From assembly GCF_009914755.1 (NCBI RefSeq), contig NC_060931.1: a stretch of DNA of 64,000 nt; one strand, 5' to 3'. The first letter of the stretch is position 1. The number at the start of each line of letters is the position of its first letter. The DNA is from the human T2T-CHM13v2.0 reference genome, Homo sapiens. The translations under genes were made by a program, and so were the position numbers. The notes under the pieces are model-generated. The model did no database searches. It saw only the letters and a program-made list of their open reading frames with translations, and was not told the DNA's origin. Positions 15,436 to 27,926 of the stretch are shown piece by piece.

Positions 15436-15780
15436 GAAAATTTCTACACACTAGAAATTTATTCTAAAGAAATAATTCAACTCATAGAAACAGAGAGTAG
15501 AATGGTGGCTACTAAGGCTAGGGAGCAGGTGAATTGTGGAGATGGTCAAAGGAGACAAAATTTCAGTTACACAGAAGGAATAATTTCAAGAAATCTATTG
15601 TACATTATGGTGATCATAGTTAATAACAGCATATTATATACTTAAACATTGCTTTTCTCACAACAACAACAAAGTGATAAATATGTGAGGTAATGCATAT
15701 ATTAAGTAGTTTTATTCAGCCATTCTACAATGTATACAAATGGCAAAACATGTTGTACACCATAAATATATGTAATTTTT

Positions 15781-16265
15781 TATTAAACTTTTAATTCTTA
15801 ATATTTTTATAATACTAGCAATAACATCTCAGTACAATTTTAAAATGAAGAAATTGTGTAGGCTTACTTCAAACTATTTCCATGAACAGATTTTTATTTC
15901 TGTGCTGTGCCAATCACACTATCGTAAACATTTTCTAACGATAACTCAGTATATGCATTTTGTTGAGTTTCTTCCTTTTTTATCTGCTGATTGTGAAGAT
16001 GAAATACCACTTTAAGGGCTCCTGTCCTCCACTTTGGTGGCTCCTGATGTTCTGCCCCTCAGTCTGTTTGTCCACCTTCCTTTCTTCTGTCCAAACCTTA
16101 TATTCCTCGGTTTCCATTCAAGGAGTAGGCAACTCCATTTACTTTGTCTCATCCATGTCTGGTGAATCCCTTTATGATCACTGAAGCCAACCAAGTATAG
16201 GTAGGTAACAGTTTTTAGAATATGCTCATCTACCTACAGACCCTCTGCCTCTCCTCACCCATTCC
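15781..16265 (-). other. Unique sequence carried as an L1 3' transduction
   Basis: Lies between the L1PA poly-A and the distal TSD copy aaatatatgtaattttt (15764-15780 / 16427-16443). Confidence 0.75.
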
Positions 16266-16426
16266 TTTTTTTTTTATTATACTTTAAGTTCTGGGGTACA
16301 TGTGCAGAATGTGCAGTTTTGTTACACAGGTATACACCTGCCATGGTGGTTTGCTGCACGCATCAACCCGTCACCTACATTAGGTATTTCTCCTAATGCT
16401 ATCCCTTCCTTAGCCCTCCACCCCCC
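16266..16426 (-). mobile_element. L1PA (L1PA7-like) last ~160 bp
   Basis: ttttattatactttaagttctggggtacatgtgcagaatgtgcag...ctcctaatgctatccc. Confidence 0.93.
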
Positions 16427-16714
16427 AAATATATGTAATTTTTACTTGCCAATTTAAAAAAAATTGAAAAGAAAATTCAAAATGGATAAATGTATATCAT
16501 CAAAAGGATGTTCATCACAGTTTTATTAGAGCATGCTTTCTTTTGTTTCATTTATCCATATATTTAGTATTTTCTGCAATGATCATGCAGTGCTTTTGTC
16601 AGAAAAATAATGTTATTTTTAATTTTTAAAATATAGTTCCTTATATTGTCTATAAAAGAATCAGTCAGGGATAAATAAATACAAACTTGGCTCTAAAATA
16701 ATACATTATGTTTC

Positions 16715-16758
16715 ATATATATATATATGCACACACACATATATATATATACACACAC

Positions 16759-16819
<61 letters not shown>

Positions 16820-16860
16820 CACGCATATATATATATACACAGAGAAAGAGAGAGAGAGAG
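16715..16860 (+). repeat. Compound (TA)n/(CA)n/(GA)n microsatellite in the Alu tail position
   Basis: Direct reading. Confidence 0.95.
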
Positions 16861-16987
16861 AGTCTTGTTCCATCACCCAGGCTGGACTGCAGAGGCAATC
16901 ATGGCTCAATGTAGCCTTGAACTCCTGGGCTTAACTGATCCTCCCACCTTGGCCTCCCAAAGTGCTGGGATTACTAGTGTGAGCCAC

Positions 16988-19338
16988 TAATATGGTTTGG
17001 CTGTGTCCTCACCCAAATCTCATCTTGAATTGTAGTTCCCATAATCCCCACATGTCATGGGAGGGACCCGATGGGAGGTAATTGAATCATGAAGGCAGTT
17101 ACCCTCATGCTGCTGTTCTCGTGATACTGAGTTCTCATGAGATCTGATGGTTTAATAAGGAATTTTTCCCCTTTGCTCAGCACTTCCCTCTCCTGCTGCC
17201 ATGTAAAAAAGGACATGTCTGTTTCCCCTTTGCCATGATTGTAAGTTTTCTGAGTTCTCCCAAGTCATGTGAACTGTGAGTCAATTAAACCTCTTTCCTT
17301 TAAAAATTACCCAGTCTTGGGCAGTTCTTCACAGCAGTGTGAGAACAAACTAATACAGTAAATTGGTACTGCAGAGAGCAAGGTGCTGCTATAAGGATAA
17401 CTGAAAATGTGGAAGCAGCTTTGGAACTGGGTAACAGGCAGAAGTTGGAAGCATTTGGAGGGCTCAGAAGAAGACAGGAAAATGTGGGAATGTTTGGAAC
17501 TTCCTAGAGACTTGTTGAATGGCTTTGACCAAAATGCTGATAGTGATATGGACAATGATGTCCAGGCTGAGGTGGTCTCAAATGGAGATAAGAAACTTGT
17601 TGGGAACTGGAGTACAGGTCACTCTTGCTATGTTTTAGCAAAGAGACTGGCAGCATTTTCTCCCTGCCCTAGAGACCTGTGGAACTTTGAACTTGAGAGA
17701 GATGATTCAGGGTATCTGGTGGAAGAAATTTCTAAGCAGCAAAGTGTTCAAGATGTGACTTGGGTGTTATTAAAAGCATTCAGTTTTATATATTCACAAA
17801 GGTATGGTTTGGAATTTGAACTTATGTTTAAAAGGGAAGCAGAGCATAAAAGTTCAGAAAATGTGCAGCCTGATGATGTAATAGAAAAGAAAAACCCATT
17901 TTCTGAGGAGAAATTCAAACTGGCTGCAGAAATTTACATAAGTAACAAGGGGCCAAATGTTAATCACCAAGGCAATGAGGAAAATGTCTCCAGGGCATGT
18001 TAGAGGTCTTCATGGCAGCCCCTCCCATCACAGGCCTGGAGGCCTAGGAGGAAAAAAATGATTTCATGGGCTGGGCCCAAGGCCTTGCTGCTTTGTGCAT
18101 TCTCAGGACTTGGTGCCCTGTGTCCTAGGTGTGGCTAAAATGGGCCAACATAAAGTTCAGGCCATTGCTTCAGAGGATGCAAGCCCCAAGCCTTGGCAGC
18201 TTACATGTGGTGTTGGGTTTGCAGGTGCACAGAAGTCAAGAATTGAGGTTTTGGAATCTCTGCCTAGATTTCAAAGGATGTATGGAAATGCCTGGATGTC
18301 AAGGCAGAAGTTTGCTGTTGGGGAAGAGCCCTCATGGAGAACCTCTGCTAGGGCACTGTGGAAGGGAAATGTGGAGTCAGAGTCCCAACACAGAGTCCCC
18401 ACTGGGGCATTGCCTAGTGGAGCTGTGAGAAGAGGGCCGCCATCCTCCAGACTCCAGAATGGTAGATCGACTGTCAGCTTGCACCATGCACCTGGAAAAG
18501 TCACAGATACTCAATGTGAGCCCATGAATGCAGCTGGGAGGGGGCTGCACCCTGCAAAGCCACAGGGCCAAAGCTGCCAAAGGCTGTGGGAGCTCACCCT
18601 TTGCATCAGTGTGACCTGAATGTGAAACATGGAGTCAAAGGCGATCATTTTGGAACTTTAAGATTTGACTGCTCCACTGGATATTGGACTTGGACAATTG
18701 TAGCTCCTTCATTTTTGCCAATTTCTCCCATTTGGGATGGGAACATTGACACAATGCTGTACCCCCATTCTATCTATGAAGTAACTAACTTGTTTTTGAT
18801 TTTACAGGCTCATTGGTGGAAGGGACTTGCCTTGTCTCAAATGAGACTTTGGATTTGGACTTTTGAGTTAATGCTGAAATAAGTCAAGTCTTTGGGGGAC
18901 TGTTGGGAAGGCATGATTGTATTTTAAAATGTGAGGACATAAGATTTGGGAGGGGCCAGGGGCAGAATGATATGATTTGGCAGTGTCCCCACCCAAATCT
19001 CATCTTGAATTGTGGTTTCCATAATCCCCAAGTGTCATGGGAGGGAACTGGTGGGAGGTAATTGAATCACAGGAACTCCCATGCTGCTGTTCTTGTAATA
19101 GTGAATGAGTTCTCATGAGATCTGATGGTTTTAAAATGGGTTTGTACCTCTTTGCTTGGCACTTCTCTCTCCTGCTGCCACATGAAGAAGTATGTGTTTG
19201 TTTCCCCTTCTGCCATGATTGTAAGTTTTCCAAGGCCTCCCCAGCCACGTGGAACTGTGAGTCAGTTAAATCTCTTTCCTTTATAAATTATCCAGTCTTG
19301 GGCAGTTCTTCATAGCAGTGTGAGAACAGACTAATACA
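16988..19338 (+). mobile_element. Full-length THE1C-like MaLR provirus: LTR 16988-17357, internal 17358-18967, LTR 18968-19338
   Basis: Two LTRs t(g/a)atatg...ctaataca; polypurine tract gggaggggccaggggcagaa; degenerate 5-bp TSD gccac/gttac. Confidence 0.96.
17407..18619 (+). pseudogene. Disrupted THE1 internal (MaLR gag-derived) ORF
   Basis: 198-aa frame EGSEEDRKMWECLELPRDLLNGFDQNADSDMDN... ends at TAG 18001-18003; further piece 18095-18619; same peptide in the minus-strand THE1D copy. Confidence 0.85.
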
Positions 19339-21825
19339 GTTACTATGCCCAGCCTAAAATAATATTTTATTGAACTCAGATGTCTACAGGTATAGCTATA
19401 ATCTGAGCAAATTGTGCAATCAGTTGAGACATCATTGACTGAAAAATTAGGACATTTCCTAAAGCAAAGGACTGGAGAAAGACCTTTCTGTGAAATATTT
19501 CTTGGGTAATCAAGCTTTAACAGTCCTTTCTGATGTGCAATTACAATTTATTTTTATATGAAGGAACAATAATCTGTATAAAGCAAGCTTTCTGTTGCTT
19601 GTATTGAAATGCCATTACATCAGTGACAGCTGTCTTGAGTATAACAATTGCCCTGGATGAATGGTCAGTTCTTTCATGGTTAATGTTTTCCTGAAAAGAG
19701 GTGTTAAGAAGAAGAAAAACAATGAAGTCAGATAAGTACAAACATACAGATTCACATATCCTATCTGACTGACTGACTGGAAATTCGAAAGTATTTAAAG
19801 TCAGGCCAATATTTCTAGGTTTAGAAAGAAAGTAAGGAAGAAAAGAAAAAAAGGAAGGAAGGAAGGCACAGAAAGACTTAGCCACCAAATGAATTGAGCA
19901 TGAGGTCAGTTTTTCTTGACCCACTTTTTCTGAGCACACTGTTTTGTGAATCAATGCCCATTAGGTTTGAGGTTATTACATAAAGCAGTAACAGAATACA
20001 TCATGTTTCTACATGCTCAGAAATGCAGATATTAATAACAAGAAATATTTTGGGGCTCATTTATGTTTTGCAAGTTATATTATGTTGAAGAAAATATTCC
20101 CTAATTTTCATTTTAGTTTAGAGTTTGCTTCACTGCTTGCTAATATCTGGATTGGAAAAAAAACTTTAAGAAACCATATATTTTGCAAAGGTAAATTAAG
20201 CTGATTTCATCAGCATAAATAATTGCTAATGTAGCTGAAAAATTGAATATCTGGAAATGTCTTTTAGGATTATGATTCTATAAATCCACTGCATGTTAGA
20301 GTATGTTTATTCATGTATTTTATATACAGCAAATATTTCCTGAAAAACTTTTATGTCTGGGAACTGTGCTGGGCATGTGAAATTTGAAAGGAAAAAAAAT
20401 AGACAAGACTATTGCCTTTGGGAGATAGAATAAAAATAAACAAATTATGCATATGTATTGATAAGTGTTTTAGAGGAAACTAATGGAGAACTCAGCAGAG
20501 AATAATCAGGAAGGAGAGAATCTGTTTTAGACAAGAAAGTCAAAAAAATGAAGTTTAAGGTTTGAAGTATGAGAAGGAGCCCATGGGGAGTAAGAGTTCA
20601 CTGAACTCAGAGGTGATTGAAAAGAGAGAAGGTCAGAAAAGTAGGAGTGGGTAAGGGTCGGATCATGCATTCTCATAAATTAGATACTTTTATGTCTATG
20701 TTTTTATATCATGAAGACCTTTGAATATCAAATAGAAGTTATGGACTTTCATCCCCCCAAAAAAGTATATATTAAAAATTTACCTGAAACTTTGCATACC
20801 ACAGAGTAACATTCAGGTGATTTGTCCTTGGCACAAAAGACCTGGCCCACTTCATTTGAGTGAAACTCTTCTTGGCTCTATCCTCCCCTGGAACACCTGG
20901 AGAAAATTTGTCCACTGGAGAGCTTAGTAAATCGCCCTAAATTCCTTAACATATAGGTATATGAGCCAGTACAGATCATAAGAAACTCTTAATTAATAGT
21001 GTTGACAAATTCATAGATGTTTCCTTCATTAAGCAAGTTATGGTTTCCCTACAGCTTCTCAATGTATGACCATGAGTATTTGCCAATGATATGGGGGTCC
21101 TGGTTGGGGAACTCCTCATCCTTCCTTAGTGAGCTGTTTGCAGAGCATCTTCCATATTTCCCTTTATTGGCAGAGCCCTTATGGCAGTGGAATCCTCCCC
21201 ACTGTTCTACTTTCTCTGCTGCCCAGAGACAGACCCTAACATGTAGGCTTCTATTTCTCATGTAGATCCCCATACTCCTCTGGGCACTTGGGTATTGGCT
21301 GAGGATATATAGAAGTCCTCACTGAAGCATTTCAGCACATTGATAGCTGGATAAAATTGCAGAGCAGAGCTGCCCTTGCCCAAGAGTAATGTCACCGGTG
21401 CCCTCAATGCCAACCCTCAGGCCCTACCCCTACTTCAGTCTGTTTCCTCTGCTGTGGCTTCTTGGACTAGCCTTAAATTTCCTCAAGCAAACTTGGGGAA
21501 TGAGAAGTTCTGAGTTCAGAATCCTTCCTCTGGCCACAGAGTATATCTGACTCATTTTCTTAATGTTTACCAACTACTTAGACCACTAAAACCACCAGTT
21601 TTTAAGTCTTATTACAACAAATAATAATATGAAATCATCATATTATGCATGATATTTTCACATGCCAATCTGTCACTGAATCATTTCAAGTCAGTATTCT
21701 AGAGAAAACAATAGTTTGAATAGTTCTTTAAGGTTTGCAGCAATGGAACTAATGCATAAATAGCATTTCATCGAATGTCCATTCAACCATGAACTTCATC
21801 TTAGTACAGGATTTTACTTCCAATG

Positions 21826-22284
21826 TATCACACTGGGTACCAGTGTGTCACCTAAAAAGATACATTGCTGTCCTGACCCCAGTACCTGTGAATGTGACCT
21901 TGTTTGGAAATAGGGCCTTTGCAGACATAAGCAAGTTAAAATGAGGTCATATTGGGATATGGTGGGCCCTAATCTGATAGACTGGTGTGCTTATAACAGA
22001 GAAATTTGGACAATGACACACACAGGAGAGAAAGCCATGTGAAGACAGAGGCAGAGATTGGAGTGATGGGTCTACAAGCCAAGGAACACCAAGGATTGCT
22101 AGCAACCACCAGAAGCAAGGAGAAAGGCAGGGAACATGTTCTCTCTGAAATCTTCCAATAGGAATCAACCCAACTAACACTTCAATGGACTTCTGGCCTT
22201 CTAAACTGTGAGAAAATAAATGTTTGTTGTTTGAAGCCACCTTGTTTGTGGTACTTTGTTTTGACAGCCCTAGGAAACTAAAAC
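21826..22284 (+). mobile_element. MLT1C-like solo LTR
   Basis: gtacctgtgaatgtgaccttgtttggaaataggg...gaagacagaggcagagattggagtgatg...gcagccctaggaaacta-like end. Confidence 0.9.
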
Positions 22285-22723
22285 AGGTGCCAAGAGGGCA
22301 TATACAAAAGGGGAAGATTGCACAGGATATTTTCTTTATTGTAATATGCAAAATGTCAATTTAAAAAAAGAAAAAGAAAAAATATATCAAAATATGTGTG
22401 CTTTACTTCAACGGGAGACTAAAACCAGCTAATAGCCCAATTCTTGAAATTCTATAATTCTGTGACTCTTAAACCAGAAAAATTATGCAGTCAGGCAGTT
22501 ATACACACAATTGGGTCCTTATGACTACTAATGTAGGAACCCAACAGAATGTGGAATATTAGCCTTGAAGCCTGAGCTTGGGAGCCTTCATTCATGCTTC
22601 TTAGTGAAATTCTATGTTGATATTTCTTTAGTCAAAGAAGAGTTTTGGCCTGGACTATCCATTTATGCATACAAAAATTGAGTGTCTTGCATAATGACAA
22701 AATTGCATATCTTGAATAAACAT

Positions 22724-22764
22724 GGCTTCCATGTTCATATAATGGGCTTCCATGTTCATATAAT
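22724..22764 (+). repeat. 20-bp tandem duplication
   Basis: ggcttccatgttcatataat twice, separated by one g. Confidence 0.92.
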
Positions 22765-23003
22765 TGTGTTTTTTTTCAGAAGCTAAGTACTTAAAATACT
22801 TTAAAACAGGAAGAAAAAAACTTAAAATGCACACACAGAGAAATCTTCATTTCTCTTCTGGGATACGTATATTTCTAGTGTAACTTTTTTAACAAAGAAA
22901 AACTGCAAACATCATTTCAACAACTGTATTTTAACTTTAAAGAACAACTTGGTATTTTCTTAGGGAGACATGCTCTTAAAAAGTAGGAAAGAATATTCCC
23001 TTT

Positions 23004-23070
23004 TAACAAACCTGCACATCTACCCCTGAAACTATAACAAAAGTTGGGGAAAAAAGAAAAGAAAAAAACC
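23004..23070 (+). mobile_element. Tiny L1 3'-terminal fragment with A tail
   Basis: taacaaacctgcacatctacccctgaaactataacaaaagtt + A-rich run. Confidence 0.75.
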
Positions 23071-23619
23071 GAAAAATTTTAAAACAAAGGGCTTGATTTA
23101 TTTGAGACAAATATAAACAATGCAAAACAGAAAAGGTCTCACCCTCAACCAAACACCACCGAAACGTTAACATAGCAGAAAATGTCAAAAGAGAAAATTT
23201 CTAACCTTTTTAAAAATCCTATTCATTTCCCATAGACTTTAAGAATCTTTCCATTTTAAATAAAATTTCTCTTCCTTTCTTTCTATTGCAGAAAAGAATA
23301 TAAATCAATCTGTTATTGCCCTATAAAAATCCAGACTTGCAATAAACTGTCACCACTAAACAGGAACAACAAAGGTTTGAAATTATCATCTCTTTCCCAG
23401 TGCTGCCATTCCTTCAAGGACCTTAGAGCATGAATAATGGAGACTATTTACAGACAAAAGTCATTCAATAGAGAACAAAATGAGCTATAAGTTTAAGTCT
23501 ACTCTTCCCTTTGCCCAGTGCAGTACAGCAGAGTGGAAGGGCTACCATTTGCACAACCCCAGGGGTGCACTTTGAATCATATAGACTATATTTGCAGCAT
23601 CTCTGCAGAACGGTTCAGA

Positions 23620-23810
23620 GCCAACCTCTGGAGTGAGTGGATGGAAGCCAATATGGCTTCACTGCTTAACAGCCACGTCACCTCGGCAAGTTACTTAACC
23701 TCCTAAGCTTTAGCTTCCTTATCCATTGAACAGGATAATAATATCACTGTTTCATAGGGTTGTGAAGGAATATAAAAGAATGTTTAAGTAACCAGCACAC
23801 AGTGGGAAGA
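23620..23810 (+). mobile_element. MIR fragment
   Basis: ggcaagttacttaacctcctaagctttagcttccttatc...ggataataata core. Confidence 0.75.
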
Positions 23811-25120
23811 AACTCAACATACCATGTATATAGTGTTAATATGTATGTTTAGGATACGAATAAGGAAAACCATAAACGTCCTTCTGAGTTTCTCTTCTAC
23901 AAGTATGTTCACACATATGTTCCCCACCCCACTTCCTGACATTCTCCTCTATTTTATTTATACAACACTTATATTAAACAGGTAAAGCTCCAGTTATGAG
24001 GTGATATACCCTCCATAGAGGAGACCTACTGTCTCAGTGACTGGAGCAAATAGAGATTTAGCTTCCAATTTCCAACAAGCAGTGAGAGGCATTCGGAACT
24101 CTGCAATGATGCTCTGTCAGTGATCTAGAGGAGTAATGACATGAATGAGGCATGAATGAGGGGACTGAGTCAGAGACACATCAGAAGTGGAAGCCTTCAT
24201 GTCTGCTCACCAACAGATAAACATCTGGGAGTTGGTGGCCACATAAGCAACTTCTTTGCCAAAACACTGATTCTTATTAGCCAAAGATCCAAAAGTCTCA
24301 GGGAGTCTGCTGGTCCCCCAACCACCAAGCCTAAAAAAGTACACTGAATTGCAGTTATACCAAATGCTTTATTTACGCATAAATCAACACAAAGAAAGAT
24401 TCTGGTGCCCCCATTGAAATGACAATTAGTGTGTCAATAATCCAAGATGGAATCTACTGGGCCAGTATCTGTTTACCTTAATATAGACAGTCCTCTGAAT
24501 ATGTGATCCATTAGATCTATGTGAAGATGTCAACTATAAGTTTATTATATTAAGTCACGATATATTTTTCAACTTTCAGAATTAATGTTTTTGCCTTCAT
24601 TCTCCCAGAAGTAAAACTTGTCTTATTTTGGCAAGCTTTAAGATTAAGTCCTAGCTTTGGTAGGAATGAAACAAATAAAAATTTCAGTGAACGCATGGAT
24701 ATTTGGAATTATGTGACTTTTGGAAATATTCAATATGTCATTTTTATAGTTTGTGTTGTGTATCATAAGAAACATCCTGGAAGATGAGTTTGGGTAAAAA
24801 TTGCAAAAAAAATTATCTCAGAATGAAATTTTAATACTTATTTTCCCTCAGCCACAAGCTCATTACTTGAGATTTCATTTGTCAGTCAAGCATAATTTTT
24901 ACAATTCATCTCTAATATTATTTTTTAAAAACCCGTTGGAATATAGCATGCTGAAGAGAAATAATTGATTAAAATATTGCAAGATGCCTTATGAAATCTC
25001 TTTACTTTGCTGCATAAACTTTCAATTCCTTAAAAAAAAAAGACATAAATATCACAGTTCAGAAGGATATCTCTGGTCACTAAAAAGAATGGTCTTCCGA
25101 ACCTAAAAAAAAAATCAAAA

Positions 25121-25440
25121 ACCGGGCACAGTGGCTCATGCTTGTAATCCCAGCATTTTGGGAGGTCGAGGCGGGTAGACCACGAGGTCAGGAGTTCAAG
25201 ACCAGCCTAGCCAAGATGGTGAAGCCCTGTCTCTACTAAAAATACAAAAATTAGCCGGGTGCGGTGGCAGGCACCTGTAATCCCAGCTACTCGGGAGGCT
25301 GAGGCAGGAGAATCGCTTGAACCCGGGCAGCAGAGGTTGCTGCACTCCAGCCTGGGCGATAGAGTGAGACTCTATCACAACACTGCACTCCAGCTTGGGC
25401 GATAGAGTGAGACTCCGTCTCAAAAAACAAACAAACAAAA
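25121..25440 (+). mobile_element. AluS (Sg/Sx3-like) with internal 3' rearrangement
   Basis: Dimeric Alu; tgcactccagc(c/t)tgggcgatagagtgagactc occurs twice; TSD-like aaaaaatcaaaaac / aaaaaatgaaaaac. Confidence 0.95.
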
Positions 25441-26989
25441 AATGAAAAACAAACTACCATATGTTAATGAAATAAGAATGTATGGGAATTCTGCATTAAA
25501 GGTAGGCATGGAGACATGTTCCACTCTTGCTTTGTGGTATGCCCTCTCTTAAATGAAGGCCAATGTTTCCATAATGAGCTGCAAATAAACTAGCAATTGT
25601 GCTCATTTAGTTATTATCAAAGTTGAAGATTTACTATCACAGAGAGTAAAACACTAACAGTTAGTGCTATACCGTGATTCTCAGAGAAGCATTTATATAT
25701 ACAGACATCATAATTAGCCAAAACCACTTTTATGAAAATGTTAGTAAAAAGAAAGTACTACATTCAAGTGTTAATCATCTCAGAATATATTTTATCTTAT
25801 TTATAATGCCTTCTTTTTATTCAATATCCTTTAAACTTTTAGAGAAAACTCTTAGATAAAATATTTTATTTAAAATTTTTATAGAGCTGTATTTATGGAC
25901 AGAATGTTTTTCAAATGTCATTAAACCAATTGAAAAGACAATTTTACACTGTTTTGGTCAGTCATCCTTTTCTAAATGATGGAGACTAGATTTAAAACTA
26001 ACTTAACTCCATGGAAATCCTGTTTAAAAAGCGGAAGGAATCAAAGGCTTATTCTAAAAATTATGTTTCTATATAATAAGAACACTAACATCACCAAAAT
26101 AAGTGAGATTAAAAATTCTCCTCTTTATATTGGCTCACTGGTTAATTTGGTTTGCATTAGGTATTGTTAGAGATTCGGAACATATTTTAAACTTACTAAT
26201 GCTATATGTGGATATATATCTACAGATTTATCAAAATGCTGATAGTATGGATACAAGAGAATAGATTTAGTGTTGAAGTCAATGTCTGTACATCTAGTTA
26301 AAATCTCTGTTAAAATCCTTAACAAAAATATCAAACTTTTTGTCACCAAAATATTGCTATTAATAGCAACAATGACAGACAAAAGAATTAGTACTAATGA
26401 CAATTGGACTAGAATTTTAATAAGATAATGATGACTGTCTTCATAGACCATCACCATGGTGGTCCACAGCCTTTAGGGTACACACAGATACATTTGGGCT
26501 GGACACCCTAAAGTGCTCTGATGAAAAATGAATGTCAATCTAGAAACTGCAGTCAACAATTTTGCCCACCAAACCACTAAGGTTTCAGAACTTCTTGGTA
26601 TTCTCTTGATTATGTCTCTGTGCCTGAAAGTTAAAGTTAAGTGAATACTTTCCTTTAAACTTCTTAGATGCTCCAGGAAATGCCATGACTATGGTCTTTG
26701 ACTTGGTCAAACCTTCCTTAGAAGCATCATTCTAGAATGTGTGCTTCCATCCATAACTCAGGCTTAACAGATTAGTTTTTAATGAGTAGTAAAGACATAA
26801 GCTGGACCTTTGTTTTAAAAGCCCTGAGTCCTTTAAGACATTAATTTATTTATCCTCTAACATCAGTTTGTGACAGGGAGAAGACAAAGACTAAAATGTC
26901 CAACAAAAACATAGAGTATAGGGTGCGCTTCTTGATTCCACTCTTCAACCCAAAACAGATACACTACTTTTAGCAAAAGAATTTATGTT

Positions 26990-27480
26990 TTCATTTATCA
27001 ATTAATTCACTTATTCAAGGGACATTAATTAAAAATACTCTAGGCAGCAAGCATTTTACTAGGCACATAAGATACACAAAAATGAAATTTTAAAATCAAT
27101 AAAATGTAGTGCCTGCCCTTAAAAAGGTTGAGGAAACAAACAGTTGAGACAATTATATTACAATGTAAGGACAGCTCTGATAGAAGTAACAAGGATGCAA
27201 TGGGAGTCCCATGAACATGACACGCACACCAGGCACGGTGTAAGGGGAGAGGCAGGTCAAGGAAAGCTTCATGTATCAGATGATTTCCAAACTAAGTCCA
27301 GAAAGATGAACAGAAGTTAACCAGGCAAAACAGGTGACAACGGCTATTCCAGGCAAAAAGATATACCTGGGAAAGGAGACCATTATTGGAAGTGAGCTTA
27401 GGTCAGTGTGACTGGACGATAGGGAGAAGTAAGTAAGAATGGCCAGGTGGAGGCCAATGGAAGACAGAAGCTAAATTAGA
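26990..27480 (-). mobile_element. L2 fragment
   Basis: attcacttattcaag...gtgcctgccctt...gaaagatgaacagaagttaaccaggcaaa, typical antisense L2 3' region. Confidence 0.65.
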
Positions 27481-27497
27481 ACAGTCTCCCGTATCAC

Positions 27498-27926
27498 TGT
27501 CTTAGTCTGTTTTGTGCAACTATAATAGAATACGTAAGACTGGGTAGTTTATAATGAACCAAAATTTACTGGCTCATAGTTCTGAAGTCTGGGAAGTTCA
27601 ATATCAAAGCACTGGCATCTGGCAAGGGCTTTCTTGCTGCACCATAACATAGTGGAAGGTATCACATGGCTGAAGAGCGGAAGAGAAGAGAAAGGGAAAA
27701 AGAGAGAGAGAGGGAGGGAGAGAGAGAAATAGAGAGAGCGTGCAAGACAGGGCAAACCCACTCCTTCAATGATGAACCCACTCCTGAGATAATGGCATGT
27801 CTTTTCTTGAGGGTGGAGCTCTCGCAATCTAAACACCTCTTAAACGTCTCACCTTCCCAATATTGTCACAATGGAAATTAAATTTCAACGTGAGTTTTGG
27901 AGAGGACAAACATTCAAACCATAGCA
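27498..27926 (-). mobile_element. MST (MSTC/D-like) solo LTR with internal GA-rich tract
   Basis: tgtcttagtctgttttgtg...aaatttcaacgtgagttttggagaggacaaacattcaaaccatagca. Confidence 0.88.

Larger units (their letters stand above)
15475..16475 (+). mobile_element. L1MA-type 3' end (15475-15780 and 16427-16475), split by a younger insertion
   Basis: catagaaacagagagtagaatggtggc...gtacaccataaatatatgtaattttt resumes as ...acttgccaatttaaaaaaaa after the insert. Confidence 0.85.
16855..19354 (-). mobile_element. Alu monomer (FLAM/FRAM/AluJ-like), split by THE1C into 16855-16987 and 19344-19354
   Basis: ...gtgagccac [THE1C] tatgcccagcc rebuilds the Alu 5' end; outer TSD taaaataata at 16694 and 19355. 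Confidence 0.85.

Noticed and set aside
16706-16990. HT/YI/CV-repeat ORFs
   Set aside because: Translations of dinucleotide microsatellites.
17407-18003. 198-aa ORF as a novel gene
   Set aside because: It is the THE1 internal ORF, truncated by a stop; the same peptide recurs in the THE1D copy at 53044-53271.
19541-19954. 137-aa minus-strand ORF
   Set aside because: Non-ATG start, runs through a GA-rich low-complexity tract, no recognisable homology.
26167-26457. 96-aa hydrophobic ORF resembling a membrane protein
   Set aside because: I/L/V richness is expected from AT-rich sequence; no family motif or exon context.
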